Source: Octopus vulgaris
Lineage: Eukaryota
DNA length: 64,000 bases
NCBI GenBank assembly: GCA_951406725.2
Contig: OX597815.1
Coordinates: 94,364,001 to 94,428,000, forward strand
Direction of reading: 5' to 3'
Made by a program: the position numbers and the translations under genes. Position 1 is the first letter of the stretch. Each line of letters starts with the position of its first letter. Positions 13,723 to 26,684 of this stretch are shown one piece after another. Below the pieces are notes generated by a model. It was not told the origin of the DNA, did not search any database, and saw nothing but the letters and a program-made list of their open reading frames with translations.

Positions 13723-14974
13723 AATAATAATAATAAGAGTCTTGTAGATGAACATCACACAAACTATTGAGTCGTAGTTTTATGAAGGTACTTTTGTCTC
13801 ATAATGAATGTCTAAGGTAAATAAATCTGATGAGTGTATTCCACTCGTGGGTTTAAGATAATTTGATATAAACTCAGCAAACTAACGAAGTACTTATGAA
13901 TTATATGTTCTTCCTGCTGACATATCCTTGCAACGAGGAGAACTGAAATATAGAAGATTGTATTTCTTTATCAAGGGACACAACGTATCACAGCTGCACA
14001 TATATAAACTGTCGAATGGTTGGATGGTATCTTATTATTTTCTCAGCTGTGTGGCTCTATTAAGATTATTACTACTGAAAAGTTTTGACTGGCATCAAAT
14101 AAATATTCATCAAATCGATAAACACAATCTCTTTCTATTAGGTTTTAAAATATTTTCGATAGAAAAGATCAATAAACTTTACAAACTGTCTAACTGTTTC
14201 ACGACAATAAAATCTGATATCTTATGACGCTTATAAAACCTTTAGTAACATTATAGATTCTGAGGAATTATTTCCCCTCCTACTCAAAAAAAAAGAACGA
14301 AAAAGAAAAAAGGAAAAGAAAGAAAAAGAAAAAAAGGAAACGAAAGAAGTAATAAAAAACAAACAGGTAGACAATTGTTCAGAGACTGCTGACAGCAAGC
14401 AAATAAACCTTCTTTGTAAGAATAGCACGAACAGCCCCCAGAGCTAGAGAATGTTGTGTTCGGAATATATGCGTTCTGCTATTCCATACTAGCGTCAGCC
14501 TTAGTCCTTCCATTTATGTGAAGGTCTCTTATGCAATCGATAAATTTAAACTTTCCGCATCTTTAGGACTTTTGCTTCATATTCACTCTGACAATATTGA
14601 TCCTTGCACAACTGAGATAAGGAAAGTTGAATGTCGGCTATAGAATGTTATGAGTGGTAGCAGAGAAGACAGTTAGATAGAGTGTCAGTCGTTCTGCTTG
14701 CAGGCAGAGCCACAAGCTAAGAACTTATCTGAACACACTTGGTTATATTTTTTTGCAGAGATACATAAAAGCGATCTTTTGTATGTTTTCAGGTTTGATG
14801 TTAATACCAGATTGATTCACAAAATCTCACTCAAACACTTACACACACGTATACAAACATTGATATAGACATCTGTGTTCATATATGTACATCAACATAC
14901 ACACGCACGCGCGCGCACACACACACACACGTGCACACACACGCACGCACACACACACACACACACACGCACGT

Positions 14975-15055
<81 letters not shown>

Positions 15056-15128
15056 CACACCAGAAACGTAATTATGTTCCGGGAATATATATTGAGATAC
15101 ATAGCTGTTTAAATTCTCTGTTCTTTCG

Positions 15129-15182
<54 letters not shown>

Positions 15183-15872
15183 AATATAAATATATATATA
15201 TAAGAATATGTATAAAGATATATTAATATATAAATATACACATATCTATATATTTATATACATATATATTTGAAACACACAAGCACACGCGCGCGCACAC
15301 ACGCACACACACGTGACTTTTCTCATAATTACATTCCACTATAATGGTTAGATGTTTACAAATCGCATCGTGATCTTTTTTTCTTTTTCTTTTTTATCCA
15401 GTGATCACTGGATTTTTTTTTTCGTTATAAAAAGGTCTCTGATTTGGGACTGAGTTTCTTCCACGAAAGCAATTTTGAAACTGTTCTTCTTTTGGTATCA
15501 GAGTTCTTTTAATATAGTTTTGATCTCTAACCCCATCAACGCTCACACAAAGATCAAAACGATATACCAAAATGAACAGTTTAAAAATTGCTTTTGAGCA
15601 AGAAACTCAGTGCCAAATCAGAGACCCCTTTTTATAAAGAAAAAAAAACAACAACAAAAGACCTTCTGATGACTGATAAGAAAAAGAAAAGAAAAACGAA
15701 TCGCGACACGATTTGTAAACATCCAATCAATGAAGTGGGGAATTATTATCAGAAAAGAAGTTTTTATGTTTTTTTTTCAAGTACTTTCTATTTCTTTCTA
15801 CTATCTATCTATACACTACTGTCTATCTATCTATCTATCTATCTATCTAAGTATCTATCTATCTATTTCTTT

Positions 15873-15981
<109 letters not shown>

Positions 15982-16965
15982 TTACTTTAGAGTAGTTGTG
16001 GCTGTATGGTTAAGAAAATCGCTTTGAGGCCACGTGATTCAAGGTTCAGTTCCCAAAGAACGATTATTGAGTTATAAAAAATCGTACAGGTTGTCTCCCG
16101 CTCTGAGTAACAAGCAAAATTTAGAGTTTTAGAAACTAAGCGTTTATTAGGCTTCCTATAACATTGGGCCTATGAGAGAAAGAGGAAAAACTGATCAACT
16201 AAAGGACATACCCGCTGGTGGCACTGGAGTTAGAACAATACAATATCAAAATAACTGCTTTTTGCAAAACGAAACTGTTAGAATCTGGTAGTAATGTAGA
16301 TATGGCGTGCACATTATTTTGAACTGAATAACAAGCAGAGTAATGAGCTTGGGTTAGCTTTGCCACAAAATTTATTAATATGGTCAAATGAACCTAAGAA
16401 ATAAATGTTATTAGTGACTAGATCATGAATTGGCGAGTTACCGTAGCAAAATGAGTATGCTACCTCCATCAAAGTTTATGCTCTGCTGATATTAAACTCT
16501 GATGGTGCAAAAGAGGACTCTGTGCTACAGACCATACACAGTCTGCATCAGAGAATGAGCTGATTGAAATGAGCGATTTTCATACTTGCGTTGAACAAGA
16601 ACCGTGTAATGGTGTGCAGTTATTGTCAAATATAGTGTAGGGTGGTGCAACTCAAATGGTGTGCTTTTCTGCCCCGAATACATCTTTATTACAACCATGA
16701 GCATCTCGGATCTCTTAAACTAGAACAGAAATGAGGTTCATATTACACGAATGAACTGAAAGCAAAACTGTATCAAAACTCACCAAATGCTGCGATCGAA
16801 AATTACATTTATACGTCTCCAAAAGGAACAGGATCTCATCTCCTAATGTCATTATAATGGCAACAGAGGAGTTGGCAGATAGGAATAGAAGAATTGTTCT
16901 GAAAAGAGATATGGATTAGGCACTAGAACCATGAAAAACATAAACACAAAAACACTGATGTATGA

Positions 16966-17110
16966 ATATTATTTACATTATTTACATTTGACGGATATTT
17001 GTCCTCATCTTGTTTGTTGTTAACACAACATTTCGGCTGATATACCCTCCAGCCTTCATCAGGTGTATTGGGGGAAATTTCGAACCTGGGTGCTCATTCC
17101 TAATGTATTT
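16966..17110 (-). mobile_element. PLE pseudo-LTR fragment nested in the RTE remnant
   Basis: Contains a hammerhead motif and ends in a short repeated tail (aatgtaaat)x2; interrupts RTE homology. Confidence 0.55.
17022..17068 (-). ncRNA. Minimal type-I hammerhead ribozyme motif
   Basis: Minus strand acac-CTGATGA-a-ggctg gagggtatat cagcc-GAAA-tgtt-gtgt: core, 5 bp stem II, 4 bp stem I, loopless stem III typical of dimer-active PLE hammerheads. Confidence 0.7.
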
Positions 17111-18201
17111 TATTTTCGAAGCAACAAAGAAACATCAAGAATAGTTTCCTTCCAAAAATGCTACATTTACTTCAATGTGACGACCAAACCTATCTGGCTC
17201 CAAGCACCTCCATCAAGTTCTGCTAAATCCAGAGAAGCGAAGAGGACTAGTGGAAAACAAACCTGATTGAATTGCAAACTACTGCGTAAAGTCTATGTTA
17301 GATTGAAGGACGCTATTCAACTGAATTCAGATGATAGAGCAATAATCTTGCAGAAAAACGGACATATACTTGGCCATTGGTTCAAAATTTAAATTTCTGA
17401 TCAACTTCTCTATGCCTTTGTCTGAAATAAAGACAAAGAAATATGTATAACAATATCATTTACATCTATTTATCTGTGATTTTTTTGAACTGAAAACAAC
17501 AGAATTTTAATCTCTCATCTCCTCTGAATTGCATGTGTAGTAATATATAACAACCCTTACCGAACACCCTGCAATGAACAGAAGGCTAATTTCGAAACTG
17601 CCAGATTGAAAGAAAATAATATTATCATTAAATATAGACAAAGAATATTACCTGAATATATTTACTTCTCCATAGAAATTTGAAGCACTTTTTTCTACTA
17701 TACAAAGTGAGTGAACGAATCTCTAAATTACTCACATCACGAAAAAAGGAATGTCAAATACAAACGAAAACTGGGATTTTCCCCAAGGAATCTAATTCAT
17801 TTCGTTCTTGTATTTGCTTTGCAAGATACATGATGCGAAATTGTGCGTTGAAACACACGACCTCATGAATGACATACCATTCTTTCTATTGGTATAGTAA
17901 GGGCGTATCATAGATGAGATCGAAAATGGCGACAGAAGAAATCTGAGGGACCTAGCTCATTGACTGATTACCGATTACTAAGTAATCAATTAGTCAACTG
18001 GTTAAATTGTAGACTAGTTGTCAAATAATAATATAAGAATAATATACTCTATGTATGTATGTATGTATGTATGTATGTATGTATGTATGTATGTATGTAT
18101 GTATGTATGTATGTATGTATGTATGTATGTATGCATGCATGTATGTATGTATGTATGTATGTATGTATGTATGTATGTATGTATGTATGTATGTATGTAT
18201 G

Positions 18202-18246
<45 letters not shown>

Positions 18247-18568
18247 GTGTGTGTTTGTGTGTGCTAGTGTGTATGCGCGTACTTGTGTATGTGTGTGTGT
18301 GTATGTGTATGTGTGCGGTGATAAGCGTAAAAATGAAATAATAGACCACTCGAAACATACCAAGACGTTTCAATATATTGTATCAGTAGTTTGATGCTGA
18401 GATACAGTACTTGTAGTTTGCAAGCGCAAGAAACTCGCCTTATTGTAAGGCTGCCTACTTCTCAGATGGAAGTTTTTGAACCATTAGAAATGCTTCTTGC
18501 GTGTGTTAAGCTTGTAATGCATCTCAACATTACACACGCACACACGCGCGCACGCACACATACAAAAC

Positions 18569-18600
<32 letters not shown>

Positions 18601-18672
18601 ACAGAGATAGAGAGAGTACAAGAAATAGATTAAAGATGGATTGATAGATAAATAGTCTGATATAGATAAATA

Positions 18673-18746
<74 letters not shown>

Positions 18747-18851
18747 AGAGAGAGAGAAAGAGAAACATAGATAGAGAGAGAACTAGAAATAGATTAAAGA
18801 TAGATTGATAGATAAATAGTCTGATATAGATAAATAGTTTGATATAGATAA

Positions 18852-18886
<35 letters not shown>

Positions 18887-19452
18887 CGAGAGAGCGCGAG
18901 AGAGAGAGAGAGACAGAGACAAGATATCAACTATTATTCAGGAAAGAAGCTTCATATTGTACCAGTCAAGACCTAAGCTAAAGGAAAGATATAGACTCAC
19001 GAAGAAACACAAGAGTAATTACTAATCGACTAGAAAAGAAAATACAAAACAAAACAGAGAAGATATTTGATGTGTCACTGAAAGGGAACTATTTCCGGAA
19101 GATGTCACTCATCAACTGACCATTATAAATCTTATTCATATCAACTGAAATTTGTTAGCATTTCGGACTTGGATATAACTTCATGGGGCGATGGAATGTT
19201 CACGTATGTCTTTATACCGGATCTATAAATGGATCTAAAGTTGAAAGCAATTATTTACTTTAATGCGAACACAATGATTTGTTTTGACAAAGAAACAAGT
19301 GGAGTGTCATTTTTGTCAATATATTTCTGTATATTATTAAAAATGTCAGTTGTCAATCGAACCAGCGAGGAGTCTCTATACTGTCGTTTGACACGCTAGA
19401 AGTAGTAATCAAATCTGTCTCGAAGCACACTGTAGTCTCACCGACAATATAG

Positions 19453-19491
<39 letters not shown>

Positions 19492-19492
19492 A

Positions 19493-19570
<78 letters not shown>

Positions 19571-19573
19571 GTA

Positions 19574-19605
<32 letters not shown>

Positions 19606-19612
19606 CTATCTA

Positions 19613-19731
<119 letters not shown>

Positions 19732-20514
19732 TGGATAATGCAGTGCTACATATCCGTGGAAATGGATGGTTAGGAGTGTAACGTTTTAGAACCCGGTCTT
19801 CTCAGTCGGTGATGACCTGGGGTTAAAGAACAACAATACCAGCAACATCAGTAACAAAAACAACAGCATCATCATCATCATCGTCAGCAACAGCAACAAC
19901 AACAACAACAACAACAAGAACAACAGCAGCAACAACAACTCTTGTTTTATTTATGAACCTTAAAAGGATAAACGTAAAACCAAGCCCAGAAGGATGTAAG
20001 GTAAAACGAAGGATAAAGTAATACTTAACGTTCTATCATTTCTGCTAACAGTTTCTTTTAACTATAGACTGAGGACAAGAACATAAATCTAGTTGTGCAA
20101 CGTTCCGAGGCTAAGACGGGGAATATATATATATAATGTTCACTTATAATACTTCAAGTATATATATATCTTTATATATAGTATATATATATGGAGGATA
20201 TGCATATATATATATAGCTTTTCGCAGGCCATCCGAGAAGGGTAAGAGAAATAGATGATGTTCTCGTGAAATCGGAGGCGGGTTCAAAATGGGTCTTGAT
20301 ACAGGTACTCAAGGACAGATTAAATCTACAATCCAAGACCAAGTACCGTTTGCTAAAAGTTTTGTGAACAGTTTCTGTCAGCTCAGTCTCTGCGGAAGTT
20401 ACCGATGACGTTTGCCGAAAGTGCCACGCAGTGGGATTGAACCCATAACAATGTGATTGCAAACGAAGACAAGTAACAAAGAGAAAGCTGTCAGATGTAC
20501 ATAATTACCTTTAA

Positions 20515-21240
20515 CGCCAGCAATTTTGAGGTGGATGGATTTAATCGAGTCTATTGACCTCCCCCCACCCAGTAATTGGCTGGTTCTTTATTTTTTTTCA
20601 ACTCTGAAAGGATGAAGACAGAGGTGACCTCGGTGGAACTTGAACTCAAGTCAAATACTGTAAAGCGTTTATCCAATATTCTAGCGATTTTTCTAGCTAA
20701 CCACCTTGTCATAAGGCCCGGAATTTGAGAGGAGGGGGAGAGTCAATTACATCAACATCAATGCTCGACTGGTATTAATTGATCTCGAAAGAATGAAAGA
20801 CAAAGTCAACCTCAGAAGAATTTGAACTCAGAACGTAAAACATTTTATCCGGCGCGCTAATGATTCTCCTAGTTCACCACATTGTGAGAATGTATATAAT
20901 CTTTTCTACTCTTGGCATAAGGCACGAAATTTTTGTGGAGGGAGTCAGTCGATCAGATCGACCCCAGAACGCAACTGGTGCTTAATTTATCGACCCCGAA
21001 AGGATGAACGGAAAAGTCGAGCTCGGCGGAATTTGATCTCCGAACGTAAAGACAGATGAAATACCACTAAGCATTTCGCCCGACGTGCCAACGTTTCTGC
21101 CAGCTCGCTGCCTTTGTGAGAATGCATATAATCTTTTCTACTCTAGGCACAAGGCCCGAAACTTTTGGGGATGGTGCCAGTCGATTAGATCGATCCCAGT
21201 ACGCAACTGGTGCTAAATTTATCGACCCCCGAAAAGATGA
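20515..21240 (-). mobile_element. Four head-to-tail family-A SINEs of different ages
   Basis: Units near 20515-20706, 20710-20880, 20896-21112 (near-intact) and 21127-21240 (5'-truncated). Confidence 0.8.
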
Positions 21241-21592
21241 GAATGTGTATATTGACAGCGATATAACTATTCTGGAAATACGCGTGTAAATTGAATTAAA
21301 TAAAAACAATGATTGCTTTACTAAACAAGAAGGACGACATCACCTGATACTATGTTTAAATATCTGAGCTAAGTTTTTATTAACGATTATGATCTCCACA
21401 TATCAACCTCATGTTTGGGATGTACATTTACCATATTAATGCTTACAAGACATTCGCTTTCTATTTTACATTTCCTTGTGTCATCAGGTGTCTGCCTGAA
21501 ATAACGGTATGTACGTGCTCCCGTAATGAGAAGAAACATGATTTGCGTTAATTCGACTTGAACTTATAGCAAGAAAATTGCTTTAATGGTTG

Positions 21593-21835
21593 AACTCGAA
21601 GTAGATATAGCTATAAATAACAGCATGTAGAATATTGGGCAAAAAACGACTTTGGATTGGAAAGAGTCGAAAGCTGCTGGTGGGACACGAACCCATACCT
21701 TCTGTGAACATGACAAAGCACATCTGTCATGTTCATAGAAGATATGAGTTCGGACAGCCCTTGACATATTTATTCATTGGTTTCTTAACCCAATATTCTA
21801 CATTCTTTTAATTATAGCTTCATCTACTTCGAGTT
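21593..21835. mobile_element. Fold-back MITE-like element with 47 bp terminal and 28 bp internal inverted repeats
   Basis: 21593-21639 vs 21789-21835 (42/47 complementary); 21688-21715 vs 21725-21752 (25/28). Confidence 0.7.
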
Positions 21836-22538
21836 TGATATCTGTCACAGTTTCTAAAAAACAAAAATTATTAAAATTTTGTTACAAGTATCATTATGCT
21901 TCTTAAATGACTGAGAGACAAAACTGTACACACTTGATTTCAAGAAGTTGCAAAACTAAATGAACATCCGTCAGTTATACAGTGCTCTCACTGCCTTCAT
22001 TGATGCATTTTCCATCTCAATGTATCTATGAAGTTTGATAGTTAATATTGATGTTTGTTTCTGTTGTTATTGAAGATTACCTTATTGTTTTATATTCCCT
22101 GCCATGTTTGCCTGAACACGATGGAATGTAGCTGATTAAACTACACATTTGTAGTGGATCAAGAGATACTTTCAGTTACAGTCATCTCGCCTTCGTTGAG
22201 AGGAATTTTGCTCCGAAAAAATAAATCTTCAAGCATTCATTTTGATTAAACTCTTTTCCTTTGTTAGAGCTAACGCGAAATTGATAGAAAAAGTAAATGG
22301 TTCGAAGCCATATTGTTCAGAGAGTGTAGATCTTTTGAATACCTGACATTATTCCATCAGCGAAGGTATACTTATGGTGAGCCAATAAGAGTTAAATGAC
22401 TTTCTCAAGGACCAGTTTAAGATTGGTTAGCTGACAGCGAAATAATATGCTCTTCGTCAGGTGAGCCAAAAACAGACAGCATCCTTAAGACTCACCTAGA
22501 TCTCTCTAGGCCGCAAATGCGAACAGTAAATCAGCAGT

Positions 22539-22604
<66 letters not shown>

Positions 22605-23033
22605 AAGAGAGAGGGAAAAGAGAAGAGAGAAGGGGAAAAATATATTTTGAGCAGCGAATGTTTCTTTCTTTTTTTGCGTTGCGGAAAATGAAGAATCCAT
22701 GATTTACTAGAAGCATTGGCATGTTAAGTGATGGAAATCTGAGAGAAAGGGAGTGATTTAAAGTAGTCAGGAAGGATATTTATGGGATGCTCATCGTCAC
22801 CATCACCACCATTATTACGACAAGCTGCAGCATCATCATCACCATAACCACCACCTCAACAACCACAACATCAGAAACTCATCAGCATCCAGAAACACCT
22901 CAGCCTCCAAGAATCTCAACTCCAGCGTTGGCACCACCGCCACGACCACGACCACGACCAAGACAACCAACACCACAACTACTACAGCTACCACCAGAAC
23001 CACCACTACAACTACTACTGCTATCACCACCAT

Positions 23034-23111
<78 letters not shown>

Positions 23112-23700
23112 CAATAGGCTCGTTGTGATCCCAACACCACTGCTACCACTACTTCCTAATAACAACACCGCCACTACCACAACCACTACCATCATCACTC
23201 TCCCCCAACGATGCCTACACCAAGTTAACACCATTGTTTCTGCAACAACAACTTAGTTTAAGAGATGACAACTCACTTGTGACTTATTGTAGCAGAAAAT
23301 AACAACATACATATATGTATATACTTACACACTGGGCCGTACACACAGATCCATACGCACAAACCGATATGTATACTTTTGTACACGGTAACATATACAT
23401 ACACGCATACATACACACATACACAGGTTTAAAACGCACACACACATGGAAGCATACATACATACATACATGCATACATACATACATACATACATACATA
23501 CATACATACATACATACATACATGCATACATACATACATACATACATACATACATACATACATACATACATGCTTGCATGCATACATACATACATACATA
23601 CATACATACATACATACATACATACATACATACATACATGCATACATATCATACATACGTACGTACATATATATATATATGCCATATATACGTACACACA

Positions 23701-23755
<55 letters not shown>

Positions 23756-25046
23756 TTGCACATACAGATACACATGCACAGGCCTACACGCACACATATA
23801 CAGGAAGACATGAACCCACACACACACACATATACGCACACACACTGGCCCAGACGTACACACTTAAACACAGTAAAATAAACATAGTCACACACACATG
23901 CCTATAGGTGCACACACACACACACACACACATGCACATAGTAATACATAGGTGTCTTTACATACACATCTACACACGGAAATGCACATGCACACTCACA
24001 TAGAATACAAACACGCACCGCACGCAAACATACGCAGAGGTCTACATGTAGAAAATTACGTATAGAAACATAGATATACGCCCTTACATATATCTACACG
24101 TACATACCTACACATAAGAACGTACACTGAACAACATAAAGGTTTACGCATACACCTATGCACATATAACAACATACAATGAATCACACATACGCATGCC
24201 TACACATAAACACATGCATAGTCTCCCACATAGATTTGTACATACACGCCTACACATAGGAACATACATTAACGCACAAATAGGCTCACACATACACATA
24301 CACACACAAATGCATACACAAACATATACACATAAACGGAAACATACACACGCGCCACATAGGGCTATATGGAAACACCTACGCACACAACTATAGACAT
24401 ACACATACACACAGAGAAAGACTTCCTGCGACCTACAAGCATACACATACACTTGTACATAGAAACACATAAGCCCATACACATAAAACTGCACTTACAC
24501 ATCGACACACAGAAAGATATAATACCCGCAAACATGTTTACATATACACACATACACACATGCGCACTATTAATTAGATAAAGCAATCAACGTGCCGACA
24601 CAGCGCAAACCAAAGGCCTCTCATCATCCCTCTCTGGCCCTGCTTCTCCATGAAGTAGCCACCCCACATCACACCACAGTCACTCCTCCGCCACAACATT
24701 TATCACCATAGTAACAACATATCTGCAATCTCCGCAGTCATAGTAACCAGTTACCAGGTATAAATGGCAAATCTACAGATAACATCTGGAAGATGAAAAT
24801 GCAATTAACTGAATCTGCTTAATTTATGACACTGCTGATGCCGATCGTAATGCGTGTGCATATACCTCCACGCGCGCACGTGTGTGTATACGTACGCGCA
24901 CATGCGCATGTGTGTGTATCTGTGTGAATGTGTGTGGATGTATGTGTGTGTCTGTATCTCCATGTATGTGTATTCTAATTTATATTTCATGTATGTGTGT
25001 ATGTTGCATGCAGGCGTGTGCATATGAATGCTTCTATGTACGTATG

Positions 25047-25153
<107 letters not shown>

Positions 25154-25758
25154 GAATGCATTGTGCACGTATGCATAGCAGCGTGTCATATACATTTGTG
25201 TGTGTGGGATGCGAGTATAAGTATTTATGCATGTAAGTACACATGTATACTTAAGAGTATTGCATATATGTAAACAGAGATATGTATACCCGTGTGAAAG
25301 TGATAGTGCGCCGGCATGACAAAATGATTTCGAAGTTCACTTCACAATCACGAAATCCCAGGTTTCATTTAATCGCAGGGCACCTTCAACGTGTAATTTC
25401 TACTATAGCTTTGAGTCAACCCACGCCATGTGAGTGAAATGGGTAGATGGAAACTGAAATCTGTTGCATGCATGTTCCTATAATTCAAAAGGCCTGCCTT
25501 TAAAAACACTGTCGTACACAATCAATCCAAGTGCCTGTGCAATGCTCAGTCATTAATTTGATAAAGTGGAAAGTGGGGAGCTGGTAGAATCGTTAGTATG
25601 CCGGGCAAAATGCTTAGTGCCATTTTATCTGTCCTTACGTTCTGAGTTCAACTTCTACTGAGGTTCACTTTGCCTTTTATCTCCTTCGGGGTCAATAAAA
25701 ATAGTAGCAGTTGAGCACTGGGGGTCGATGTAATCAACTTACCCCTGTAAGTTTTGTG

Positions 25759-25786
<28 letters not shown>

Positions 25787-25792
<6 letters not shown>

Positions 25793-26067
25793 AACCGCGA
25801 GTCCGCTGCCCTAACCACTGGGTCATTGCGCCTCCATATATATATTCCCAGACCGGGCGTTGTGTGTTTATTGAGCGAAAACACCTAAAAAGCTCCACGA
25901 GGCTCCGGCAGGGGGTGGTGATCCCTGATGTACTCTTTCTCTCACTCTTTCTGCTGTTGGCCTGCTCGCTTAGCCAGCGGGGTGACGTCATTCAAAGCTA
26001 AAACAATGCGAACGTATTGTGACCAGCGATGTGTAGCAACATCTGATGGTCTGGTCGGTCACGTGAC
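25787..26067 (+). mobile_element. Family-C SINE with inverted tRNA head
   Basis: Head tggaggcgcaatgacccagtggttagggcagcggactcgcgg is on the minus strand (25787-25836); body ..cagaccgggcgttgtgtgtttattgagcgaaaacacc is on the plus strand; compare 31752-32059. Confidence 0.75.
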
Positions 26068-26089
26068 GTGATATATGTATATATATATC

Positions 26090-26243
26090 TACGACAGTCT
26101 TTTTTTAGTTTCTGTCTATCAAACCCACTCACAAGGCTTTGGTCGGCCCGAGGCTATAGTAGAAGACACTCACCCAAGGTGCCACGCAGTGAGACTGAAT
26201 CCAGAACCATGTGGTTGCGAAGCAAGCTTTTTACCACAGAACC
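26090..26243 (-). mobile_element. SINE family B, 5' half
   Basis: cactcacaaggctttggtcggcccgaggctatagtagaagacact.acccaaggtgccacgcagtg. Confidence 0.8.
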
Positions 26244-26581
26244 ACTTATAAAACGTACAGACACACACATATATGTGTGTGTGTGTGTGTATGTGTGTGA
26301 ATGTGTGAGTGTGTGTGTGTTTGTTTGTGTGTGTGTGTGTATAGTAAAGTTTATTTGCTGATATAATGTGACAGTCCTGACTAGGACTATGTTACGACTT
26401 TTTAACCCCAGGAAAACATATTTTCCAGCTGGCTTGTCGACACATGATCTGTGTCCGAGACATACTGTAAGCAAGGAGGCTCACCGCTCCCTTCTTGCTG
26501 GTGGCAGTACCAGCAGACGAACGGTTTCTGAGTTATTTTTCTTCCTCGGGAAGATAGATAGATATTTGTGCATATACATTA

Positions 26582-26684
<103 letters not shown>

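Larger units (their letters stand above)
16200..17410 (+). mobile_element. Highly decayed RTE-clade LINE, APE endonuclease and linker remnant
   Basis: LVALELEQYNIKITAFCKTKLLESGS, ISD*IM, VYA, SDFH, GVGWCNSNG and later KKHQE*F resemble the N-terminus of RTE ORF2; many stops and indels. Confidence 0.6.

Noticed and set aside
13827-13850. CTGATGA followed by a small stem (gtg tattc cac)
   Set aside because: No GAAA after stem II, so it is not a hammerhead.
21870-22320. Faint PLE-like translation on the minus strand (similarly faint RTE/CR1-like traces at 32420-33260, 46500-47370, 49850-50150 and 50500-50810)
   Set aside because: Motifs are too decayed to support by eye; a profile search is needed.
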